Part shown: positions 1 to 9,946 of the stretch, piece after piece | Layout of the letters: each line of letters begins with the position of its first letter | Numbering within the stretch: position 1 is the first letter of the stretch | Origin: Squalus acanthias | Lineage: Eukaryota | NCBI GenBank assembly: GCA_030390025.1 | Contig: JASTWF010000325.1 | Coordinates: forward strand, 434,001-498,000 | Reading direction: 5' to 3' | DNA length: 64,000 nt | Notes under the pieces: generated by a model | The model's input: only the letters and a program-made list of their open reading frames with translations | What the model was told of the DNA's origin: nothing | Databases searched by the model: none | Position numbers and translations under genes: made by a program

Positions 1-1083
1 AACAAAGAGTAGGAGTAAATGGGTACTTTTCAGAATGGCAGGCAGTGACCAGCGGGGTACCGCAGGGTTCGGTGCTGGGGCCCCAGCTGTTTACATTATA
101 TATTAATGATTTGGACGAAGGGATTAATTGTAATATCTCCAAATTTGCGGATGACACTAAATTGGGAGGCAGTGTGAACAATGAGGAGGATGCTAGGAGG
201 CTACAGAGTGACTTGGACAGGTTGGGTGAATGGGGAAATGTATGGCAGATGAAGTACAATGTGGATAAATGTGAGGTTATCCACTTTGGTGGTAAAAATA
301 GGGAGGCAGACTATTACCTGAATGGTGGCAGATTAGGGAAAAGGGAGGTGCAACGAGACCTGGGCGTCATGGTACATCAGTCACTGAAGGTGGGAAGGCA
401 AGTGCAGCAGGCAGTCAAGAAAGCAAATGGCATGATGGCCTTCATAGCAAGGGGATTTGAGTACAGGAGTAGGGAGGTGATGCTACAGTTGTACAGGGCC
501 TTGGTGAGGCCACACCTGGAGTATTGTGCGCAGTTTTGGTCTCCTAACTTGAGGAAGGACATTCTTGCTATTGAGGGAGTGCAACGAAGGTTCACTAGAT
601 TGATTCCTGGGATGGCCAGACTGACATATCAAGAAAGACTGGATCAATTGAACTTGTATCCTCTGGAGTTCAGAAGAATGAGGGGGGATCTTATAGAGAC
701 GTTTAAAATCCTGACTGGTTTAGACAAATTAGATGCGGGCAGAATGTTTCCAATGTTAGGGAAAACTAAAACCAGGGGTCACAGTCTAAGGATAAAGGGG
801 AAGCCATTTAAGACTGAGATGAGGAGGAACTTCTTCACCCAGAGAGTGGTGAATCTGTGAAATTCTCTACCACAGAAGGTTGTTGAGGCCAGTTCGCTAA
901 ATATATTCAAAAGGGAGTTAGATATAATACTCACAACTAGGGGGATCAAGGGGCATGGCGAGAAAGCAGGAATGGGGTACTGAGGTAGCATGTTCAGCCA
1001 TGAACGCATTGAATGGCGGTGCAGGCTCGAAGGACCGAATGGTCTACTCCTGCACCTATTTTCTATGTTTCTATGTTTCTATG
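1..1083 (+). mobile_element. CR1-clade LINE (HER1-like), 3' part of ORF2 plus 3' tail; runs off the left window edge
   Basis: RT motifs [35 protein letters not shown] at 858-860 in place of the Trp codon (VVNL*NSLP); natural stop at 981-983 after GHGEKAGMGY; tail CAGCCATGA..GAATGGCGG..GCAGGCTCGAAGG..CTACTCCTGC then (TTCTATGT)n. Confidence 0.95.
45..983 (+). pseudogene. CR1 ORF2 reverse transcriptase C-terminal region with one premature stop
   Basis: ORF 45..860 continues in the same frame past TGA 858-860 to TGA 981-983 and aligns by eye with the ORF2 ends at 41375 and 49324. Confidence 0.85.
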
Positions 1084-1208
1084 ATGCGCGGCGGCCATTT
1101 TACAGGCTTCTGTGTCCTTTATTATCAGGACAGCATTTCGTTTAATAAAACTGATCACACGAATCTGCTTCTCTTATGTTATTTTGAATCGCGATAATTG
1201 CGAAACTT

Positions 1209-2383
1209 TACACATGTGCAGCCATTGAGACATGTGCAGCCATTGGGACATGTGCAACCATTGAGACATGTGCAGCCATTGAGACATGTGCAGCCATTGG
1301 GACATGTGCAACCATTGAGACATGTGCAGCCATTGAGACATGTGCAGCCAGTTTAGTCAGTTTGACATGTGAATCCATTGGGGATGTGCAGCCAGTGGGA
1401 GATGTACAGCCACTGGGAGATGTGCAGCCAGTGGGAGATGTGCAGCCACTGGGAGATGTGCAGCCAGTGGGAGATGTGCAGCCAGTGGGAGATGTGCAGC
1501 CACTGGGAGATGTACAGCCACTGGGAGATGTGCAGCCAGTGGGAGATGTGCAGCCAGTGGGACATGTGCAGCCACTGGGACATGTGAAACCAGTGGGAGA
1601 TGTGCAGCCAGTGGGAGATGTGCAGCCAGTGGGACATGTGCAGCCACTGGGACATGTGAAACCAGTGGGAGATGTGCAGCCAGTGGAAGATGTGCAGCCA
1701 GTGGGACATGTGCAGCCACTGGGACATGTGCAGACAGTGGGAGATGTGCAGCCACTGGGACATGTGCAGCCAGTGGGACATGTGCAGCCACTGGGAGATG
1801 TGCAGCCAGTGGGACATGTGCAGCCAGTGGGAGATGTGCAGCCAGTGGGACATGTGCAGCCAGTGGGACATGTGAAACCAGTGGGAGCTGTGCAGCCACT
1901 GGGACATGTGAAACCAGTGGGAGATGTGCAGCCAGTGGGACATGTGAAACCAGTGGGAGATGTGCAGCCAGTGGGACATGTGCAGCCAGTGGGACATGTG
2001 CAGCCAGTGGGAGATGTGCAGCCAATGGGACATGTGCAGCCAGTGGGAGATGTGCAGCCAATGGGAGATGTGAAACCAGTGGGACTAATGCAGCCAGTAC
2101 AGTTGGTGGGGCATATGGAGCAAGTGTCACAAGTGCAGCCAGAGGGACATATCCAGTCAGTGTCACATGTGCAGCTTGTGGGAGATGTGCAGCCAGTGTG
2201 AGGAGATGTGCAGCCAGTGTGAGGAGATGTGAAGCCAGTGTGAGGAGATGTGAAGCCAGTGGGATTAATGCAGCCAATGGGAGATGTGAAGCCAGTGTGA
2301 GGAGATGTGAAGCCAGTGTGAGGAGATGTGAAGCCAGTGTGAGGAGATGTGAAGCCAGTGTGAGGAGATGTGCAGCCAGTGCA
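1209..2383. repeat. 18-bp minisatellite (GGGAGATGTGCAGCCAGT and variants) grading into a 21-bp unit
   Basis: Directly visible tandem units: 18-bp in 1209-2080, degenerate in 2080-2180, 21-bp GTGTGAGGAGATGTGAAGCCA in 2180-2383. Confidence 0.95.
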
Positions 2384-2695
2384 GTCAACATCAAACAGCA
2401 AAGGTTAAGTATAGGGATTTTATTGAGTTAAAATACCAGATCTAACTCTGAGATTAAATCCGTTCCAATCAGCAACATCTCTGGGTGTTTCTGTGCCCGT
2501 GCACAGTCCCCGGGTAATTACATTACGAGTCATACAGAAACTCACATACATGAATATAATGAACATATCTTCTACTTATGAAGTAGCTCAGAAGTAAATA
2601 ATATCCAAATCCGTTGAGATTTACATCAATATTTCTCAGAAACAGATAGATGGAGCTAGTGAGCTGGGTTCCAGCTGCTGGTGATGTTGCACAGA

Positions 2696-5212
2696 GAAAG
2701 CGGGGCAGTGGGATTAGTCTGGGATTGATATAGGACTATGGGGAGAGAGCGGGACAGTGGGATTAGTCTGGGATTGATAAAGGGCTATGGGGAGAGAGCG
2801 GGACAGTGGGATTAGTCTGGGATTGATACAGGACTATGGGGAGAGAGGGGCAGTGGGATTAGTCTGGGATTGATACAGGACTATGGGGAGAGAGGGGCAG
2901 TGGGATTAGTCTGAGATTGATACAGGACTATGGGGAGAGAGGGGCAGTGGGATTAGTCTGGGATTGATACAGGACTATGGGGAGAGAGGGGCAGTGGGAT
3001 TAGTCTGAGATTGATACAGGACTATGGGGAGAGAGGGGCAGTGGGATTAGTCTGGGATTGATACAGGACTATGGGGAGAGCGCGGGGCAGTGGGATTAGT
3101 TTGGGGATTGATACAGGGCTATGGGGAGAGAGCGGGGCAGTGGGATTAGTTTTAGATTGATACAGGGCATTGGGGAGAGAGTGGCACAGTGGGATTAGTT
3201 TGGGATTGATACAGGGCTATGGGGAAAGAGTGGGGCAGTGGGATTAGTTTGGGATTGATACAGGGCTAGGGGGAGAGAGCGGGGCAGTGGGATTAGTCTG
3301 GGATTGATACAGGGCTATGGGGAGAGAGCGGGGCAGTGGGATTAGTTTGGGATTGGTACAGGGCTATGGGGAGAGAGGGGCAGTGGGATTAGTTTGGGAT
3401 TGATACAGGGCCGTGGGGAGAGAGCGGGACAGTGGGATTAGTTTGGGATTGATACAGGGCTATGGGGAGAGAGCGGGACAGTGGGATTAGTTTGGGATTG
3501 ATACAGGGCTATGGGGAGAGAGCGGGGCAGTGGGATTAGTTTGGGATTGATACAGGGCTATGGGGAGAGCGGGGCAGTGGGATTAGTTTGGGACTGATAC
3601 AGGGCTGTGGGGAGAGAGCGGGACAGTGGGATTAGTTTGGGATTGATACAGGGCTATGGGGAGAGCGCGGGGCAGTGGGATTAGTTTGGGATTGGTACAG
3701 GGCTATGGGGAGAGAGCGGGGCAGTGGGATTAGTTTGGGATTGATACAGGGCTATGGGGAGAGAGCGGGGCAGTGGGATTAGTTTTAGATTGATACAGGG
3801 CTATGGGGAGAGAGCAGGGCAGTGGGATTGATACAGGGCTATGGGGAGAGAGTGGGGCAGTGGGATTAGTTTGGGATTGATACAGGGCTATGGGGAAAGA
3901 GTGGGGCAGTGGGATTAGTTTGGGATTGATACAGGGCTAGGGGGAGAGAGCGGGGCAGTGGGATTAGTCTGGGATTGATACAGGGCTATGGGGAGAGCGG
4001 GGCAGTGGGATTGGTTTTAGATAGATACAGGACTATGGGGAGAGAGCGGGGCAGTGGGATTGGTTTGGGATTGATACAGGACTATGGGGAGAGCGCGGGG
4101 CAGTGGGATTAGTTTGGGGATTGATACAGAGCTATGGGGAGAGCGCGGGGCAGTGGGATTAGTTTGGGATTGGTACAGGGCTACGGGGAGAGAGCGGGGC
4201 AGTGGGATTAGTTTGGGATTGATACAGGGCTATGGGGAGAGAGGGGCAGTGGGATTAGTTTGGGATTAATACAGGGCTATGGGGAGAGAGCGGGGCAATG
4301 GGATTAGTTTTAGATTGATACAGGGCTATGGGCAGAGCGCGGGGCAGTGGGATTAGTTTGGGATTGGTACAGGGCTGTGGGGAGAGAGCGGGGCAGTGGG
4401 ATTAGTTTGGGATTGATACAGGGCTATGGGGAGAGAGGGGCAGTGGGATTAGTTTGGGATTAATACAGGGCTATGGGGAGAGAGCGGGGCAATGGGATTA
4501 GTTTTAGAATGATACAGGGCTATGGGGAGAGCGCGGGGCAGTGGGATTAGTTTGGGATTGGTACAGGGCTGTGGGGAGAGAGCGGGGCAGTGGGATTAGT
4601 TTGGGATTGATACAGGGCTATGGGGAGAGCGGGACAGTGGGATTAGTTTGGGATTGATACAGGGCTACGGGGAGAGAGCGGAGCAGTGGGATTAATTTGG
4701 GATTGATACAGGGCTGTGGGGAGAGAGCGGGGCAGTGGGATTAATTTGGGATTGATACAGGGCTATGGGGAGAGAGAGGGGCAGTGGGATTAGTTTTAGA
4801 TTGATACAGGGCATTGGGGAGAGAGTGGGGCAGTGGGATTAGTTTGGGATTGATACAGGGCTATGGGGAGAGAGCGGGGCAGTGGGATTAGTTTGGGATT
4901 GATGCAGGGCTATGGGGAGAGAGCGGGGCAGTGGGATTAGTTTTAGATTGATACAGGGCATTGGGGAGAGAGTGGGGCAGTGGGATTAGTTTGGGATTGA
5001 TACAGGGCTATGGGGAGAGAGCGGGGCAGTGGGATTAGTCTGGGATTGATGCAGGGCCGTGGGGAGGGAGCGGGGCAGTGGGATTAGTCTGGGATTGATG
5101 CAGGGCCGTGGGGAGGGAGCGGGGCAGTGGATTAGTCTGGGATTGATGCAGGGCCGTGGGGAGGGAGCGGGGCAGTGGGATTAGTCTGGGATTAATACAG
5201 GGCCGTGGGGAG
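2696..5212 (+). repeat. 47-50-bp G-rich minisatellite (~50 copies), apparently derived from a CR1 ORF2 C-terminus
   Basis: Unit GGGGAGAGAGCGGGGCAGTGGGATTAGTTTGGGATTGATACAGGGCTAT; translates as IQGYGERAGQWD*. Confidence 0.93.
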
Positions 5213-5319
5213 GGTGAGGTGAGACTTGCTAAGTTTCTTCCAGTGAACTCTGGACCAGCTTCTGGCTGAGGTGAATATCACCTCATACAAGAGGTAGTTT
5301 ACCTGGTAACATTAATCAT

Positions 5320-5542
5320 GGCCAGGGTGATCTCCTGGATTTGTTTTCGAAAGCCTAAGGGGCTGATGGAGGAATATTTCTGATTGTTTCTCCCTGATTG
5401 GCCTGGGTTTTTACCTGCTCCTTTACATGACGCAGGTGGGGTGATGAGTGTCTGTAGCGTCATGCATGACATTTTGGACTGGATGGGACAAGCTGGAAGG
5501 CCCTGTAGGTCTTTTCCTGTCCAAAAGTTTTCATATGTTCGC
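5320..5542 (+). mobile_element. Degenerate LINE/SINE 3'-end fragment
   Basis: GGACAAGCTGGAAGGCCCTGTAGGTCTTTTCCTGTCC...TTTTCATATGTTCG resembles the GCTCGAAGGGCCG..TGGCCT..TCCTG + TATGTT tails of the CR1 copies in this window. Confidence 0.45.
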
Positions 5543-5650
5543 AAAACACAAAGGGAAGAACTAAATCACGAACCAGTTTTTGGGTATCGGCACAGCAGGA
5601 AGCGAGCAGAGACTCAGAGCGAGGAGGGATAGGCCCCGGAATGTCAGCTC

Positions 5651-5819
5651 GAATTCCCCGTGCATTCCATTGAGTTGCCCTTTCCTTGGGTCGGTTTCCG
5701 CTTTCAGTTTCCTCTGCTGGGCATCCCAGGGCGCACATCGGAAATCGAGGTCAAGGAGCAAAGGTCAAAAGCAAGCTACAGGTTGGTTCAACTTGGCTGA
5801 TGCACAAAAAAAGTAAACA
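5651..5819. promoter_or_regulatory. Candidate enhancer: cluster of ISRE/IRF-like, NF-kB-like, nuclear-receptor and forkhead motifs
   Basis: GAATTCCCC 5651-5659; GGTTTCCGCTTTCAGTTTCC 5693-5712; AGGTCA 5748-5753 and 5762-5767; GTAAACA 5813-5819. Motif matches only. Confidence 0.3.
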
Positions 5820-5834
5820 GTGGTTAAATACTTA

Positions 5835-5846
5835 GGGGGAAAAATT
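5835..5846 (+). repeat. Harbinger left terminal inverted repeat
   Basis: GGGGGAAAAATT preceded by TTA. Confidence 0.9.
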
Positions 5847-6146
5847 AGCGCCTGGTGCTAATTATCGCCACTGACTGGAAACTTCACTTTTACCGCCCCG
5901 GGAGGTGAGTGGAGCACTAAAGCAGGCGCTGCACACCTGTCTTAAGGCGCAAAGGCCAAGGAGTGAGGCGCTAACTCAGCGCGCGAGCGCAGCGCAGCTG
6001 CTGCCAGTTAGCGAGGGAACACAGACACACTGGCGCCGGACACTTCTTAAAGCGGGGGGGGCCAACTTGCTCCCCAGCCACACCCTGCTCATTGCAGCCT
6101 TGAATCTCGGCCTGGAGAGACCTGTGAATCCATTTTGCTGCCAAGC

Positions 6147-7966
6147 ATGGAGAGGGTGAGAGAACGCGCTCAGCGCTTCACCGAGTGGGCCTTGGATGCT
6201 CTGGTTGGCGCGGTGGAGCGCAGAAGATCTATACTCTTCCCTGAGAGTGGCAGGAGGCCTTTGCCACGCGAGTACAGAAGAGTGTGGAGGGAGGTGGCTC
6301 AGAGCGTCTCCTCCAGGAGCATGGTGCCCAGGACCCATACTCAATGCCGCAAAAAGTTCAACGACCTCACTCGGGTCGTCAGGGTGAGTGGCTTTTTCTC
6401 AATACCTCTCCATCCCTCCATCTCAAACTCACTCTATGGCCAGAGGGTCTTAAAACCCCAATGCACAACACTCATCCAACACCTATGGCCCTTTCATGAA
6501 ACACACACACACATTCCACACTTTGCATACAGTAAGGGCTATTCACCTATGGGAGGCACATCAGGCAAGACCATGGCTTCATACAGTAAGGGCTATTCAC
6601 CTATGGGAGGCACATCAGGCAAGACCATGGCTGTATATTTACTCAGATGCTGCCCTTTTACTTGCAGGCCAAGCTGGCGCATAATAGGAGACAGCAGCAA
6701 CGGACAGGTGGAGGGCGGCCTCAGCTGCAACCCCTCAGCGATCTTGAGGAGCGCGTCCACAGGATTGTGGCAAGCCGGGTGATCGGTCCCGTCGCCACTG
6801 GAGACGCTGACCCCGTTCTGGACAGCAATGGTAAGGTCATCACCTTTTTGTCCTCTGTCCTTCCACTTGTCCCTCACAACACCAGCCTTTGACACTTTCA
6901 ATCCAACTTGCTAACTCGCTGCACTTATTCCTCCCTTACTGCCACCCTGTCCTCACGCTAAAGCCACTCTTGTACCTCCCTGCTTTCAGATGGTGATTCA
7001 CCAGCTGAGGAGACGGGCACTGAAGCTGCCAGTGGGAGTGAAGCTGCAGCCGAGGAGGAAGAGGAAGCCGGAGCATCAGTGCCACCCTCTCCCGAGGAAG
7101 CCCATGCCCACACTGGGAACACGCCTTCCCTGGAGGGGAGCAGGGGGGAAGGGTCTGACGAGGGTGAAGCTCCAGGACCCAGCGGGCTGCAGCAACGCCA
7201 TGGGGGTAGGGAAGAACGGGGGCCTTCTCCCCAGAGGGAGAGTATGCCAGCGACTCCTACTGCAATGGACGCAGAGGAGGAGCGGCTGATCGCAGAAATG
7301 AACACCCAGGCGGTGGGCATGCACACTGAGCTCATGGGTGCAGTGGGAAGGGTGCCCGAATGCATTGAGTCACTGGCAAGGAGTGTGGAGCACTTCGCTG
7401 TAGCACAGGCGGATGCCACACTAACGCTTAGTGCTGCAATTCAGTCACTGACTGCCGTGATCCCATCTCTGACTGCTCTCATGCAGACTCAGATTGAGGC
7501 CACGCGAGCACTGACTGCTGCCAACCTCGATGGTTCGTTCACATGTCCCCGGGGCTCTCACCGCGCCGTAGCAGGCCAGCAATCTGTGCTCCAGCAGATT
7601 GCTCCGGATGCTGAAGTGCTGCCCCGTGGGAGTGCCAGTGTGTCGGGCGAGCAGGGAGTTGCTGTCCTCTCTCACGATGACAGCATTCCTGCTGCCAACA
7701 CTGTCACTTCTCCACTGCACTTGCCACCGCCTGTAGGACAGACTGCTGCCGCCCATGCAGAGTTGGTGCAGTCTGCAGCCGGGCCCTCCAGGCCCAGAAC
7801 TGGTCGAGGCCGTCCTTCAGGGGCATCTGCAGTGTCAGGGTCTGACAATCTGCAGCCTTCCACCAGCCTTGCTGCAGCCACTGAGGTCCCATTACGGAGG
7901 AGCAGTAGGGTTAGAAGGGGGGAAGTGCGCAAGGGAAGGAGATCACCCTCGAAGGGCAAAAAGTAG
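6147..7966 (+). CDS. Harbinger Myb/SANT-like DNA-binding protein (NAIF1/MSANTD-like), exons 6147-6383, 6668-6830, 6990-7966; 458 aa
   Basis: RFTEWALDALVGAVERRRSILF..WREVAQSVS..RTHTQCRKKFNDL trihelix motif, then AKLAHNRRQQQRTGGG; donors GTGAGT (6384) and GTAAGG (6831), acceptors TTGCAG (6667) and TTTCAG (6989); phases 0 and 1 join into one open frame ending TAG 7964-7966; basic C-terminal tail; AATAAA 8144-8149. Confidence 0.88.
6526..6632. repeat. 54-bp tandem duplication in intron 1 of the Myb-like gene
   Basis: CATACAGTAAGGGCTATTCACCTATGGGAGGCACATCAGGCAAGACCATGGCT at 6526 and 6580. Confidence 0.9.
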
Positions 7967-8278
7967 GAGGTGTGACAAAATGCTGGTCATTTTTTTATTA
8001 AAGGCCGAGGTTCGTGGTCCAACTTTTGTCTAGTGTTTTGGACATTATCTCCAGGTTGTGAGAACCAGTTATGTTAATGACTGTTTTTTTGTGTTTATTT
8101 CTATGAGTTTGTCATGAGGAAATGACACACACAGAGTTTGTAAAATAAATAAGTTTTTGTATTCAAAATATACATGTTTGGTGTTTGGAATCATTGGTGC
8201 CTTGGCCGGCTTAGGGGTTGCGTGCTGGGTTCATTGATGTTGTTAGCAATGGCAGAAGCCATTTCCACAGCAGGGGCC

Positions 8279-9385
8279 CTAGAAGCGGCTTGCTATCAGC
8301 CGTTGACGGACGGCCCTTGCAGTTTCACCATTGTGGGCCGCCCTCCCGCCTTGGTGCTGCTGATGATCATCCTCCTCGTCCTCTTCCTCCTCTTCCTCCT
8401 CCTCCTCTGGTGGTGCTCCAAGGCCTGGTGGCATTGGCTGGGTCCTGACGATTGCCATGTTATGCAACATGCAGCACACAACTACGAAGTTGGATACTCG
8501 CTCAGGCAAGTACTGCAGGGCTCCTCCAGAATGGTCGAGACAGCGGAACCGTTGCTTCAGCACGCCGATTGTGCGCTCAATGATGTTCCTGGTAGCTTGA
8601 TGGCTCTCGTTGTACCACAGCTCAGCAGGGGTGTTGGGCGTACGGAGCGGTGTCATCAGCCAGGTGCTCAATGGATACCCCTTGTCCCCGAGAAGCCAAC
8701 CAACTGGCTGATGCGGTGCCTCGAAAAGTTCTGCCACAGTGGTCTGGCGCAGGATGAAAGCATCGTGGCAGCTGCCAGGATAGTGGGCATTGACAGCGAG
8801 TATCAGCTGTCTGTGGTCACAGACCAACTGAACATTCAAGGAATGGAACCCCTTTCTGTTCCGGAATTCCTCGGCATTCTCCTGTGGAGCACGCAAAGCC
8901 ACATGCGTGCAGTCAATGGCGCCCTGCACCATGGGGAAGCCCGCTATCCTCGCAAAGCCCAGAGCGCGGTCACGCTGCTTGTCTGGGGTCATGGGGAAAG
9001 AGATGAACTCTCGTCTCCTTTTAAAGAGGGCATTTGTGACCTGCCGGATGCAGCAATGCACCGCAAACTGGGAGATATTGGATGGTCCCCAGCAGCAGCT
9101 TGAAATGAGCCAGTAGCATAGAAGTTGAGAGCCACTGTGACCTTCACTGCCACCGACAGAGACGTCCTGGACCTCAGTTGAGGCTGCAGATCTGGCTGCA
9201 GCAGGTGGCAGAGCTCAGTGACCACCTCCTTGCTGAATTGCAGCCTTCGCAAACACAGCTCCTCAGACATATGAATGTAGGAGAGCTGTTCACGATATAC
9301 CCATCATTGCCACTCTCTCTCTGCGTCTCTGTGTCCTCCGATTCAGCTGGAGCAGGACGACGCCCCCAATCAGTGCAGCCCCCAT
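8279..9385 (-). pseudogene. Harbinger transposase (HARBI1-like DDE nuclease) with two frameshifts
   Basis: Catalytic motifs GAIDCTHV, LLGDKGYP, RNIIERTIG intact in 8279..9061; upstream LNFYATGSFQ..GD in another frame (shift at ~9081-9085); N-terminus MGAALIGGVVLLQLNRR from ATG 9385 shifts at ~9301 into VYREQLSYIHMSEE; minus-strand AATAAA at 8094-8099. Confidence 0.9.
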
Positions 9386-9885
9386 AGTCTCTTTGCAAGC
9401 AAAGTTATGAAGGACAGCAACCAAAGTACCAGCGAAGTTAGGATCAGTAGGCAAAACTACCTCACAAAGCGTTGACTCAATGCAGAAGTCTCTCTTTCTC
9501 TCTCTCCGAATCTCTCTCTCTCTCTCAGAACGAGTGGTGCAAAAATGTCAACCACAGAAAAAGACAGGAAGAGGCCCCCTTTAAATAGCACCCCCCCCCA
9601 GCCCCACAGCGATTGATAGCGTTCCAGTCTTCCGGTCGTTGGATGCGCCAGGCGGTAAGGCAGGGGGCGCCACTCAATTTCCGCTCCAGGGCGCCACAAG
9701 GGCGTTGCACCATGGAATGACGTCACAATCTGCGCGCGCAGGTGGTCGCGGCGGTAAAGTTTAGTGCCGCCGCACGATGTCTAGTTAAGTTCCCGAGCGG
9801 CGCAAACATCGCTGCGCCCGGGCGTTCGCGGCTTTGCGCCCCATTAGCGCCCTCTTAAGGCGCTAACGGGAGGCGCAACCAACTG

Positions 9886-9897
9886 AATTTTTCCCCC
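9886..9897 (-). repeat. Harbinger right terminal inverted repeat
   Basis: AATTTTTCCCCC followed by TTA. Confidence 0.9.
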
Positions 9898-9946
9898 TTA
9901 GTATTTACGTTCCCCTCGGCTAGCTCTGGGCGCTAGTCACCGCCTG

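Larger units (their letters stand above)
5835..9897. mobile_element. PIF/Harbinger DNA transposon, full length (4,063 bp), two convergent genes
   Basis: Perfect 12-bp TIRs GGGGGAAAAATT (5835-5846) / AATTTTTCCCCC (9886-9897); TTA duplication at 5832-5834 and 9898-9900; Myb/SANT-like gene on + and HARBI1-type DDE transposase on -. Confidence 0.95.

Noticed and set aside
2696..5212. Telomere-like repeat (GGGATTAG)
   Set aside because: Not (TTAGGG)n; the unit is ~49 bp and better explained by a LINE origin.
8279..9061. Host gene HARBI1 (and NAIF1 for the partner ORF)
   Set aside because: Both lie within TIRs and a TSD and the nuclease is frameshifted; this is a transposon copy, not the domesticated gene.
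8174..9103. 309-aa plus-strand ORF with an apparent transmembrane segment
   Set aside because: Antisense shadow of the transposase; the Leu run mirrors its poly-Glu codons.
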